This document shows, piece after piece, positions 8,066 to 16,026 of a stretch of 33,164 bases of DNA (position 1 is the stretch's first letter; each line of letters begins with the position of its first letter). Below the pieces are notes generated by a model. The model had not been told where the DNA came from. It was given only the letters and a program-made list of their open reading frames with translations, and made no database searches. Both the position numbers and the translations under genes were made by a program. Origin of the DNA: Candidatus Pelagibacterales bacterium (GTDB lineage Bacteria > Pseudomonadota > Alphaproteobacteria > Pelagibacterales > Pelagibacteraceae); the NCBI GenBank assembly GCA_016882185.1, contig VHCC01000001.1:1-33164 (forward strand). Direction: 5' to 3'.

Positions 8066-9331
8066 TTAACTGATTTGTTCTCCATGTTGAGAAAGATCTA
8101 AACCTTCTTTTTCTTCAGTATCCGAAGCTCTTAAAGGTGTAATCAAATTTACAACTTTTAAAATAATGTAGGTTATAACAGCCGTATAGATTACTGTTAC
8201 AGCAACACCTAATAATTGTAACTTAACTTGATCAAAACCGCCTTCAACTTCTCCTCCAATAGCTTTCGTAACAAACACACCGGTTAAGACTGCTCCAATA
8301 GCTCCACCAAAAGCATGTATGCCAAAAACGTCTAAGGCATCATCGTAGCCAAGTGCACTCTTTAATTTTGTACAAGCAAGGAAACATAATACACCAGCAA
8401 TTAATCCAATCAAAAATGCACTAGTTGGACTTACAAATCCAGCAGCTGGAGTAATTGCAACTAAACCTGCAACAGCACCTGAACACAGTCCAAGAAGACT
8501 TGGTTTTTTCTCGCCAGTAAACCATTCTGCTAACATCCAAGCGATACCTGCGCTTGCTGCAGCAATTTGAGTTACTAACATTGCCATTCCAGCGCTGCCA
8601 TTTGCAGCAACCGCTGAACCAGCATTAAAACCAAACCAACCAACCCAGAGCATAGATGCTCCAATCATTGTTAATGCAACATTATGGGGTCTAACTTTAG
8701 ATTTTCTTTTTCCAATGACAATTGCAGCAACTAATCCTGCAATTCCTGAGTTAATGTGAACTACGGTTCCACCAGCAAAATCTAAAACTCCCATTTTAGA
8801 AAGATAGCCGCCACCCCAAACCATATGACCAATCGGCGCATAAACTAAAATGACCCACAATATTACAAATAAAAATAAAGCACCAAAGTTTATTCTCTCA
8901 ACTATTGATCCACAAATAAGTGCCACTGTAATTATTGCAAAAGTTAATTGGTAGACAACGAATACTGACTCTGGAATCGTCATTGTCAAACCAGCAACCT
9001 CTACTCCTTTAAGGAAAGTTTTTGAAAAGTCGCCAATGAATAAGTTTCCTTCACCAAATGTAAGTGAGTATCCACATATAAACCACATAAGTGTTACAAT
9101 ACATGTGATCATAAATGATTGACTTATTGTTGAGACAACATTCTTTTTACCAACTAAACCTCCGTAAAATAAAGCAAGACCTGGTATAGTCATTAATAAT
9201 ACAAGTGCAGTGCTTGTTAACATCCACGAAGCATCACCAGAATTTAAAACCGGTTTAGCTTGAGCAAAAGCTATACTTGATTGTAATAAAATTGCTAAAA
9301 ACAACGAAATCTTTGATATTAGTTTAATCAT
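8066..9331 (-). CDS. amtB: Ammonium transporter AmtB
   Basis: Signal peptide, LMTIPGLALFYGG, DFAGGTVVHINSG, LWVGWFGFNAGS and DDALDVFGIH; both pore His residues are present. Confidence 0.96.
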   Translation of the reverse strand: MIKLISKISLFLAILLQSSIAFAQAKPVLNSGDASWMLTSTALVLLMTIPGLALFYGGLVGKKNVVSTISQSFMITCIVTLMWFICGYSLTFGEGNLFIGDFSKTFLKGVEVAGLTMTIPESVFVVYQLTFAIITVALICGSIVERINFGALFLFVILWVILVYAPIGHMVWGGGYLSKMGVLDFAGGTVVHINSGIAGLVAAIVIGKRKSKVRPHNVALTMIGASMLWVGWFGFNAGSAVAANGSAGMAMLVTQIAAASAGIAWMLAEWFTGEKKPSLLGLCSGAVAGLVAITPAAGFVSPTSAFLIGLIAGVLCFLACTKLKSALGYDDALDVFGIHAFGGAIGAVLTGVFVTKAIGGEVEGGFDQVKLQLLGVAVTVIYTAVITYIILKVVNLITPLRASDTEEKEGLDLSQHGEQIS

Positions 9332-9666
9332 ATTGCTTTATCTCCTTTTTCACCTGTTCGAACGCGAATAACTTGGCTCAAATTAGTTACGAAAATTTTT
9401 CCATCACCAATTTTCCCTGTCTTTGCAGTCTTAAGTATAGTCTGCAAAGCTTTTGTATATTTTTTGCTTGATACAGCTATTTCTAGTTTTGTTTTTGGAA
9501 GAAAAGCAACCTCGTATTCAGAACCTCGATAAAATTCTGTGTGACCTTTCTGCCTCCCATATCCTTTAACATCTGTCATCGTCAACCCGTCAACGCCGAT
9601 TTTGTTAAGAGCTTTCTTAACATTATCTGCCTGCTCAGGTTTTATGATTGCAGTAATTAGTTTCAT
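9328..9666 (-). CDS. glnK: P-II nitrogen regulatory protein GlnK
   Basis: 112 aa with GYGRQKGHTEFYRGSEY (T-loop Tyr51), TGKIGDGKIFV and IRVRTGE; ATGA-coupled to amtB; GGGAG Shine-Dalgarno at 9671-9675. Confidence 0.93.
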   Translation of the reverse strand: MKLITAIIKPEQADNVKKALNKIGVDGLTMTDVKGYGRQKGHTEFYRGSEYEVAFLPKTKLEIAVSSKKYTKALQTILKTAKTGKIGDGKIFVTNLSQVIRVRTGEKGDKAI

Positions 9667-9751
9667 AATACTCCCTGTTTTGTTTATTTAAATCAGTTAT
9701 GGAGTAACAAAGATTTTTTTTAAAATGAAATGAACATTCAATGATTCAGAT

Positions 9752-9769
9752 ATGATCAGAATGCATAAC
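9752..9769. promoter_or_regulatory. Putative LysR-type operator (T-N11-A) upstream of glnK-amtB
   Basis: ATGATCAGAATGCATAAC, 15/18 identical to 10047-10064. Confidence 0.55.
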
Positions 9770-9777
9770 CAAAAAAA

Positions 9778-10035
9778 TTAATTTTTTCTAATATTATTTC
9801 TAAATTGATTTAGTTTACTGGAGAAATCATTAACTAAACCTAAAAGTGTATTACCATGCAAAGTTGGTATAACTCCTTTGCTAGTTCTATTAAAAAGTTT
9901 TTGATTTATTTCTTTTTCTAAATCCATCACGGCGCGTGAAAAAGTTGATTGAGATTTATTATCTTGCTTTGATGCTGTTAAAAAACTCCCTGCTTTAGCT
10001 ACTTTTTTAAAAACTTTTAACTTTTCCCAATTCAT
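9778..10035 (-). CDS. LysR-family regulator, DNA-binding domain plus linker helix only (85 aa)
   Basis: MNWEKLKVFKKVAKAGSFLTAS...SQSTFSRAVMDLEKEINQKLFNRTSKGVIPTLHG is a LysR winged HTH. It stops right after the linker helix. Confidence 0.85.
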   Translation of the reverse strand: MNWEKLKVFKKVAKAGSFLTASKQDNKSQSTFSRAVMDLEKEINQKLFNRTSKGVIPTLHGNTLLGLVNDFSSKLNQFRNNIRKN

Positions 10036-10046
10036 AAAAAAAATTT

Positions 10047-10064
10047 ATATTCAAAATGCATAAC
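10047..10064. promoter_or_regulatory. Putative autoregulatory LysR operator
   Basis: ATATTCAAAATGCATAAC (T-N11-A core), 11 nt upstream of the mini-LysR start codon. Confidence 0.5.
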
Positions 10065-10095
10065 TAGCTAATGCAATGTTGGAAAATGAGCTATG

Positions 10096-10647
10096 CTAAT
10101 TAACTTTAAAGCTGCCTAAAAATTTATAGGATCTATCCACTATGATCATCTCACCTGAATTTGCAAATTTATCAACTAATCCTTGAATTGTTGTATGATG
10201 GGCAACAAATATATAATTTTTGTTCTTATCAAGTTTTTCTATAAACTCTTTTGTTCTTTTTATATAAGCAGGAGTTTTGCTTGAATCTGCAAAGGTAGAA
10301 TTTAAACTAGAAAAAGTTTCAAAATTTTTAAATGCGTGCTTTGCTGTATCTTTGCATCTGCAGTATTCGGAAGAATAAACTTTCTCAAAAGGAATATTAT
10401 TTTTTACAAAAAATTCACCCATGCGCTTAGCTTGCTCAATTCCATTTGACGATAAATTTCTTTGGGTTTTACAATCATTTATATTAAAATTTGCAGGGTC
10501 TCCCGTTCCAGGAGCATCTGAATGGCGAATAAGAATTAATTTTCCCCCCTCTTTTAATTCTTTGATAATTTTTGTCTCATCCGCAAAAGCTGGAAAAAAA
10601 CTTGCTAAGGTTAATAAACATACTAAAAATATCGATCTTACTTGCAT
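10096..10647 (-). CDS. Exported histidine phosphatase family protein (SixA/PGM-like)
   Basis: Signal peptide (AFA/DE), LIRHSDAPG, RNLSSNGIEQA, YSSEYCRCKDTA and FVAH. Confidence 0.85.
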   Translation of the reverse strand: MQVRSIFLVCLLTLASFFPAFADETKIIKELKEGGKLILIRHSDAPGTGDPANFNINDCKTQRNLSSNGIEQAKRMGEFFVKNNIPFEKVYSSEYCRCKDTAKHAFKNFETFSSLNSTFADSSKTPAYIKRTKEFIEKLDKNKNYIFVAHHTTIQGLVDKFANSGEMIIVDRSYKFLGSFKVN

Positions 10648-10704
10648 TATATTAGTCTAGCGGTTGACTTCGAATAGTCATAATTAATAATTAATCTAAA
10701 AAAA

Positions 10705-10839
10705 ATGACAAAATATTTAATTACTTTAATTGTTTTTTTAATTGCAGCAATGTTTTTTCTTTATTTTAGAGTAAAAAAACAAAACAAGGTTAGAGAATTA
10801 AAAAGAGATCCTAGAACAGGAACTTTTACAGATATTTAA
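10705..10839 (+). CDS. Small single-TM membrane protein (44 aa), not in ORF track
   Basis: Manual translation: MTKYLITLIVFLIAAMFFLYFRVKKQNKVRELKRDPRTGTFTDI*. One TM helix, a basic tail, and it fills the intergenic gap. Confidence 0.65.
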   Translation: MTKYLITLIVFLIAAMFFLYFRVKKQNKVRELKRDPRTGTFTDI

Positions 10840-10863
10840 AAAATTTATATTTTTTAAAATTTA

Positions 10864-11292
10864 ATGGAAAACTTCATTATTTATCCAGCGTTATTATTTC
10901 CTGCTATTCCATTAATGATGACTAATTTTACTCATCGTTACAATAGCTGCGCTGCATTAGTTAGAAAGATTCATGCTGAGATTATTGAAAAAAAAATAGA
11001 TACAAAAGATGTAATGGGTAGACGTTATATTGCCCAGATCAAAACTCTTACTTACAGAATTAAACTTATAAAACTTATTCAAACATTATCTGGATTAGCT
11101 CTCTTCACAAATTTACTTACTATTTTTTTTGGATACATTGAAGAGTCAAATATCTCGTTAAATTGTTTTGGTATAGCTGTTGGACTATTTGGAATTGCAA
11201 TAATTCTTTTTATAATAGAAGTTCAAATGTCTGCTAGAGCGCTAGAATATCATTTAACTGATTTAAAAGATAAAGAAGATAATATTTTTTAA
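10864..11292 (+). CDS. DUF2721-like membrane protein
   Basis: Pattern PALLFPAIPLMM...THRY...LVRKIH...QIKTL...RIKLIK...EVQMSARAL. Confidence 0.75.
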   Translation: MENFIIYPALLFPAIPLMMTNFTHRYNSCAALVRKIHAEIIEKKIDTKDVMGRRYIAQIKTLTYRIKLIKLIQTLSGLALFTNLLTIFFGYIEESNISLNCFGIAVGLFGIAIILFIIEVQMSARALEYHLTDLKDKEDNIF

Positions 11293-11954
11293 TGTTGCTT
11301 AAAAGGTTAAGTCTTGGATTATTTATTATTCCAAGTGTGACAATTATTCTTTGTCTATTTATAACAATATATCTAAATATTTTAGACATCTGTAATCCGT
11401 TTATAAATGGATGTTATTCAATAAGTCGAGTTGGTAGGTCCTATCCTGCAGTTTTATTATTTAAACCTATGATGATCATTACTATAATTTTAATGATCAC
11501 ATATTTTTTTGAACATTATAGGATTTTTAAAAAGTTCTTATTAAATAAAATATATTTAAATTTAATATTATTATCAGGCTTAGTCTCAAGCTTTGCCTTA
11601 TTAGTTTATGTAATTTTTTTAGGCGTTGAGGGATCAGGGATATGGAGATTTATGCGAAGGGGCGGAATTTTTATTTATATTATTTCTCTAATCATTTCAC
11701 AATTCTTAATAATTTTAACTTACATTAAAATAAAAAATGACTATCAAGTCATTATTTCAAGTAAAATTGTAAATATTAATTTTTGTTATAACGTATTACT
11801 AATTACATGTGGAATTATAATAATTTTATTAATAGATATTTTTTCTTTTACAACGTCCTGGCACGTTAAAAATATAATTCAGTGGAATTACTTTTTGTTA
11901 ATGAACTTATTTTTTTTAAATACTTATTTTACTTGGAAAAAATTAGATAAATAA
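11292..11954 (+). CDS. Hypothetical multi-pass membrane protein
   Basis: About 6 TM helices, a CNPFINGCYSISR motif, and a 1-nt stop/start overlap with the upstream gene. Confidence 0.7.
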   Translation: MLLKRLSLGLFIIPSVTIILCLFITIYLNILDICNPFINGCYSISRVGRSYPAVLLFKPMMIITIILMITYFFEHYRIFKKFLLNKIYLNLILLSGLVSSFALLVYVIFLGVEGSGIWRFMRRGGIFIYIISLIISQFLIILTYIKIKNDYQVIISSKIVNINFCYNVLLITCGIIIILLIDIFSFTTSWHVKNIIQWNYFLLMNLFFLNTYFTWKKLDK

Positions 11955-12130
11955 TTTTTTAATGCGACAAATTGAGTTTGGAGTTATTTTTTTTCTTTAA
12001 AATCAATCACTATTCCTACTAAATTAGTATGGATTTAAGTATATTTTATTTAGGTTTAATTTATAAAAGTTTGACTTAAATCTTTAATTACATTAGCAAC
12101 TTCTTTTCGTTCAAACCTCTAAAAAAAACC

Positions 12131-13159
12131 ATGTTAAAAAAAAAAGCTTTTTTTTTCATTTTTATATTTCAAATTATTCTTCAATCCACAGCTCTCTCTA
12201 AAGAAGTAAATATATTTACGTCCAGACATTATGAATCTGACATTAAATTATATGAAATATTTAGAAAAAATACAGGCATAAAAGTTAATATTATTTCAGG
12301 CGAAGCAAAAGCTTTAGAAAAAAGAATAATAGAAGAAGGAAAAAGTTCAAAGGCTGATGTTTTTATAACTGTCGATGCTGGTGCTTTAGGGTCAGCGCAC
12401 GATAAAGGAATATTTCAAGAAATTAAATCAAAAACATTAGAAACATCAATACCAAAAAATTTTAGAACTAGTCATTGGGTTGGAATAACAAAGCGAGCAA
12501 GAGTAATTTATTATAACCCAGAAAAAGTTACTTCTGAAGATTTAAAAAATTTATCGTATGAAGATTTATCTAGCGAAAAATGGAAAAATAGAATTGCTAT
12601 TAGACCATCTAGCAACATATACAATATATCCCTTGTTTCATCTATTATCGAAAATCAAGGTGTGGAAAAAACTGAAATATGGCTCAAGGGATTTGTAAAA
12701 AATTTTTCCAGAGAACCAATGGGTGATGATAGAGCTCAAATTTTAGCGGTTGCTGCTAAAGAAGCGGATATAGCCGTAGCAAATTCATATTATATTGCCA
12801 TTATGCTATCTGGAGAAAAGGGTGAAGAGCAAAAAAAAGCTGCAAAAAAAGTAAAGGTACATTTTCCAAATCAAAATAATAGAGGTACCCATATGAATAT
12901 TAGTGGGGCTGGGATTTTAAAAAATGCCCCAAACAAAGAAAATGCTAGAAAATTTATAGAATTTTTATTGTCTAAAGAAGCTCAGCAACACATAGTCAAC
13001 AATACCTATGAATACCCGATGATTAAGGGTGTTAAATTAAATCCATTAATTGAACAATTTGGAAGTGAGTTTAAACAAGACATGACTACTAAAGTTGATT
13101 CATATTTTAAAAATCAAAGTAAAGCTTTGGAAATTATGAAGATATCTGGATGGAGATAG
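12131..13159 (+). CDS. fbpA: Fe(III) ABC transporter periplasmic binding protein (FbpA/FutA type)
   Basis: Signal peptide, VNIFTSRHYESD, ADVFITVDAG, ANSYY (tandem Tyr ligands) and GTHMNISGAG. Confidence 0.9.
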   Translation: MLKKKAFFFIFIFQIILQSTALSKEVNIFTSRHYESDIKLYEIFRKNTGIKVNIISGEAKALEKRIIEEGKSSKADVFITVDAGALGSAHDKGIFQEIKSKTLETSIPKNFRTSHWVGITKRARVIYYNPEKVTSEDLKNLSYEDLSSEKWKNRIAIRPSSNIYNISLVSSIIENQGVEKTEIWLKGFVKNFSREPMGDDRAQILAVAAKEADIAVANSYYIAIMLSGEKGEEQKKAAKKVKVHFPNQNNRGTHMNISGAGILKNAPNKENARKFIEFLLSKEAQQHIVNNTYEYPMIKGVKLNPLIEQFGSEFKQDMTTKVDSYFKNQSKALEIMKISGWR

Positions 13160-13265
13160 TCATTATCCACACTGTAATTTAAAAATGATTATCTTATAGA
13201 GAGATAATAAAATTCATCTTATTTTTGATAATTTTTTAAAACTTTACTAATATAAATTGTATCTA

Positions 13266-14885
13266 ATGAAAAATCTTAATAATAAAATTTGGTTTATTTT
13301 GCCATTTATAATTTCATTATTGGTTTTTATTCCAATCGCAATTATCATTTATAGTTTTTTTTTAGAAACTTCTGACTATATATCACTATTATCTAAAACT
13401 TATTTATTAAATTATCTTGTCCAAACATTTATATTATTAATAAGTGTTATCTTTTTAACGTCTATATTAGGTATTGGTAGCGCATATTTTGTAACTTTCT
13501 ATAAATTTCCTGGTTGTAATTTTTTTTCATGGTCCTTAATATTATCATTTGCAATTCCTGGATATATCTATGCTTATTCTTTAAATGCTTTTTTCTCAAA
13601 TTACGGCGTTGGATATACTTTATTAAATTTTATTTATAGTGGCATAAATTATAATGAAGTAATTCCAAAGATTAACGGAATAAAAGGTGCTATAATATCT
13701 TTATCATTTTCATTATTCGTATACGTTTATTTAATAGTTAGAATTTCATTTAACTATCAATCTCAAAATATGATTGATGCGGCAAAAAATCTTGGCTTTG
13801 GACCGATAAAGATTTTTACTAGAATTTTGCTGCCAGCAGCAAGACCTGGAATTATCGTTGGATTGTCACTAGTTGGAATGGAAGTTCTTTCTGATTTTGG
13901 AACCGTATCTTTTTTTAGTGTTAATACTTTAACATTAGCAATTTATGATAGTTGGTTAATTTACGATGATTTAACTACAGCAAATCAATTCTCTTTCTAT
14001 TTAATATTGTTTATTTTTTTATTTTTCTTTATTGAGAATTATACTCGTAGTAGGTCAAAATTTCATACTCCATCAAAAAGTTTTAAAGATATTAAAAAAA
14101 TTACTTTGAAAGGAAATAAGGCTCGTTTTGTGACTTTGTTTTTTTTCTTAATATTTTTTTGCTCATTTATTTTTCCTTTAATGCAGATGATATATTGGAT
14201 TGTTAAGTTCCCAAAATTTTACGGTGTATTTGAATTTATGGAAATTTTTCTTAACACTTTATATTTAATCTCGATAAGTACCTCGATATTGATAATATTT
14301 TCATTAATAATTAATTATGGAATACGATTAAACCAAAACTCTTTATTAAGTTATTTAACAATTATATGTACATCAGGGTATGCAATTCCTGGTGTTATTA
14401 TGGCCGTAACATTGCTGACATTTTTTTCTTATTTTTCAGAAATTATTGAAAAACTGTTTTACTTAAATAATATAAAAAACTTTTTTATTGGAACGACTTT
14501 TGCATTATTTGTTGCATATTTTATTAGATTCTTTTCTTTAGCCGTTAATGGGATTAAGTCAGGTTATGAAAAATTGAATACATCTATGGACTCAGCTTCT
14601 GCGATGTTAGGTTTCTCAAAACTTAAAACATTTAAGAAAATACATTTAAGTTTCTTAAAAAAAAATTTAATTTTAATTAGTCTTTTAATTGCTATTGATA
14701 TTATCAAAGAACTTCCAATGACATTAATTCTGCGACCTTATAACTTTGAAACTTTTGCAACTAAAGCATATTATTACGCGTCACAAGATTTGGTCGAACT
14801 AGCTAGTACGCCAAGTTTATTATTAGTATTGATTACAAGTTTTTTAATATTAATACTAAAACGTTTTATTCTAAAAGATTTTTAA
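13266..14885 (+). CDS. fbpB: Fe(III) ABC transporter permease (FbpB/FutB type)
   Basis: Duplicated permease fold with LPAARPGI, MEVLSDFG, GYAIPG and KELPMTLILRPYNFETFA. An alternative TTG start lies at 13257. Confidence 0.9.
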   Translation: MKNLNNKIWFILPFIISLLVFIPIAIIIYSFFLETSDYISLLSKTYLLNYLVQTFILLISVIFLTSILGIGSAYFVTFYKFPGCNFFSWSLILSFAIPGYIYAYSLNAFFSNYGVGYTLLNFIYSGINYNEVIPKINGIKGAIISLSFSLFVYVYLIVRISFNYQSQNMIDAAKNLGFGPIKIFTRILLPAARPGIIVGLSLVGMEVLSDFGTVSFFSVNTLTLAIYDSWLIYDDLTTANQFSFYLILFIFLFFFIENYTRSRSKFHTPSKSFKDIKKITLKGNKARFVTLFFFLIFFCSFIFPLMQMIYWIVKFPKFYGVFEFMEIFLNTLYLISISTSILIIFSLIINYGIRLNQNSLLSYLTIICTSGYAIPGVIMAVTLLTFFSYFSEIIEKLFYLNNIKNFFIGTTFALFVAYFIRFFSLAVNGIKSGYEKLNTSMDSASAMLGFSKLKTFKKIHLSFLKKNLILISLLIAIDIIKELPMTLILRPYNFETFATKAYYYASQDLVELASTPSLLLVLITSFLILILKRFILKDF

Positions 14886-14939
14886 AATGCTTATTATAAA
14901 AAAATTAATTAATTTTAAAAAAATATTAGCGAGACTAAA

Positions 14940-15992
14940 ATGAATTTTTTTGAATATAAAAATGTTGATTTTTCAAATTCAAAAAATATCATTCTTGAAA
15001 ATGTTTCCTTTTCAATAAAAAACAAAGGTCAGACTATTTGTCTGCTTGGGCCATCGGGGGTAGGCAAAACTACAATTTTGAGAACTATAGCTGGGTTAAA
15101 ATATATTAGTAATGGAGAAATTATTTTAAATAAAAAAATATTATCAAATAATAAAATTTTTATTGAGCCTGAAAAAAGAAATGTTTCTTTAAGTTTTCAA
15201 GACAATGCACTTTTTCCACATTTTGATATTGAAAAAAATATAAAATTAGCAATTTCAAAAAATAATAATGGCCCCCTATTTTTTTCAACAGATGAGTTAA
15301 TGGATCTTTTTTTTATAAAACACTTAAAAAAAAAATATCCACATGAAGTTAGTGCAGGGGAAGCCCAGCGAGCGTGTGTTATAAGATCTATAAGTAAGAA
15401 TCCTGACCTTTTATTATTAGATGAACCTTTTGCCAATTTAGATCACAATCTTAAAGAAATAATTCAAAAAAACTTAAAAGATATTTTAAAAAAAACTTTT
15501 ATTACTACAATAATTGTAACACATGATAAAAATGAGGCATTTTATTTCGGTGATTATTGTGGTGTTCTATTAAATAAAAAATTTGAACAATTCGATACTC
15601 CTTTTAACCTTCATTATAAACCGCAAACAAAAAAGATTTTAGAATTTTTTAATAGAGGAACACTTATTCCTGTTAAATTCATAAAAAAGAATACTTTGTA
15701 CAATGATGATCTAGGTGAAATTAATGCTGAAGTTCCAACTACTTTCTCAATAAATCAATCCTTTGAAATTCTTATTCAACCTGAAGATTTACATTTTGAT
15801 GAATCTAGTAATTTGCAATTAGAAATTATTGATAGAAAATTTAATGGATCAAATTCAATTTATGTTTTAAATACCAAAAATAATAATAAAATATCAGCGT
15901 CCGTTATTTCAGATCATTATCGTATTCTTGAGGAAAATAAAAAATTTGGAATTAAAAAACCTATATACATAAGCAATTTAATTTGTTTTTAA
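14940..15992 (+). CDS. fbpC: Fe(III) ABC transporter ATP-binding protein (FbpC/FutC type)
   Basis: Walker A GPSGVGKTT, FQDNALFPH, signature VSAGEAQR, Walker B LLLLDEPF and VTHD. Confidence 0.88.
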   Translation: MNFFEYKNVDFSNSKNIILENVSFSIKNKGQTICLLGPSGVGKTTILRTIAGLKYISNGEIILNKKILSNNKIFIEPEKRNVSLSFQDNALFPHFDIEKNIKLAISKNNNGPLFFSTDELMDLFFIKHLKKKYPHEVSAGEAQRACVIRSISKNPDLLLLDEPFANLDHNLKEIIQKNLKDILKKTFITTIIVTHDKNEAFYFGDYCGVLLNKKFEQFDTPFNLHYKPQTKKILEFFNRGTLIPVKFIKKNTLYNDDLGEINAEVPTTFSINQSFEILIQPEDLHFDESSNLQLEIIDRKFNGSNSIYVLNTKNNNKISASVISDHYRILEENKKFGIKKPIYISNLICF

Positions 15993-16026
15993 TGCATAAT
16001 ATAAAAATGATAAAATACTAATAAAA

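Noticed and set aside
9667-9777. Frameshifted remainder of a LysR effector domain (pseudogene reading)
   Set aside because: Only 111 bp separate the LysR stop from glnK, and they look like promoter and leader sequence. A recent clean deletion cannot be fully excluded.
15346-15372. Deviant ABC signature (VSAGEAQR) suggesting an inactive FbpC
   Set aside because: Walker A, Walker B, Q-loop and H-loop are intact, and S-x-G-E variants are compatible with activity.
15993-16026. Irr ICE box upstream of mbfA
   Set aside because: No convincing TTTAGAA-N3-TTCTAAA match was seen.
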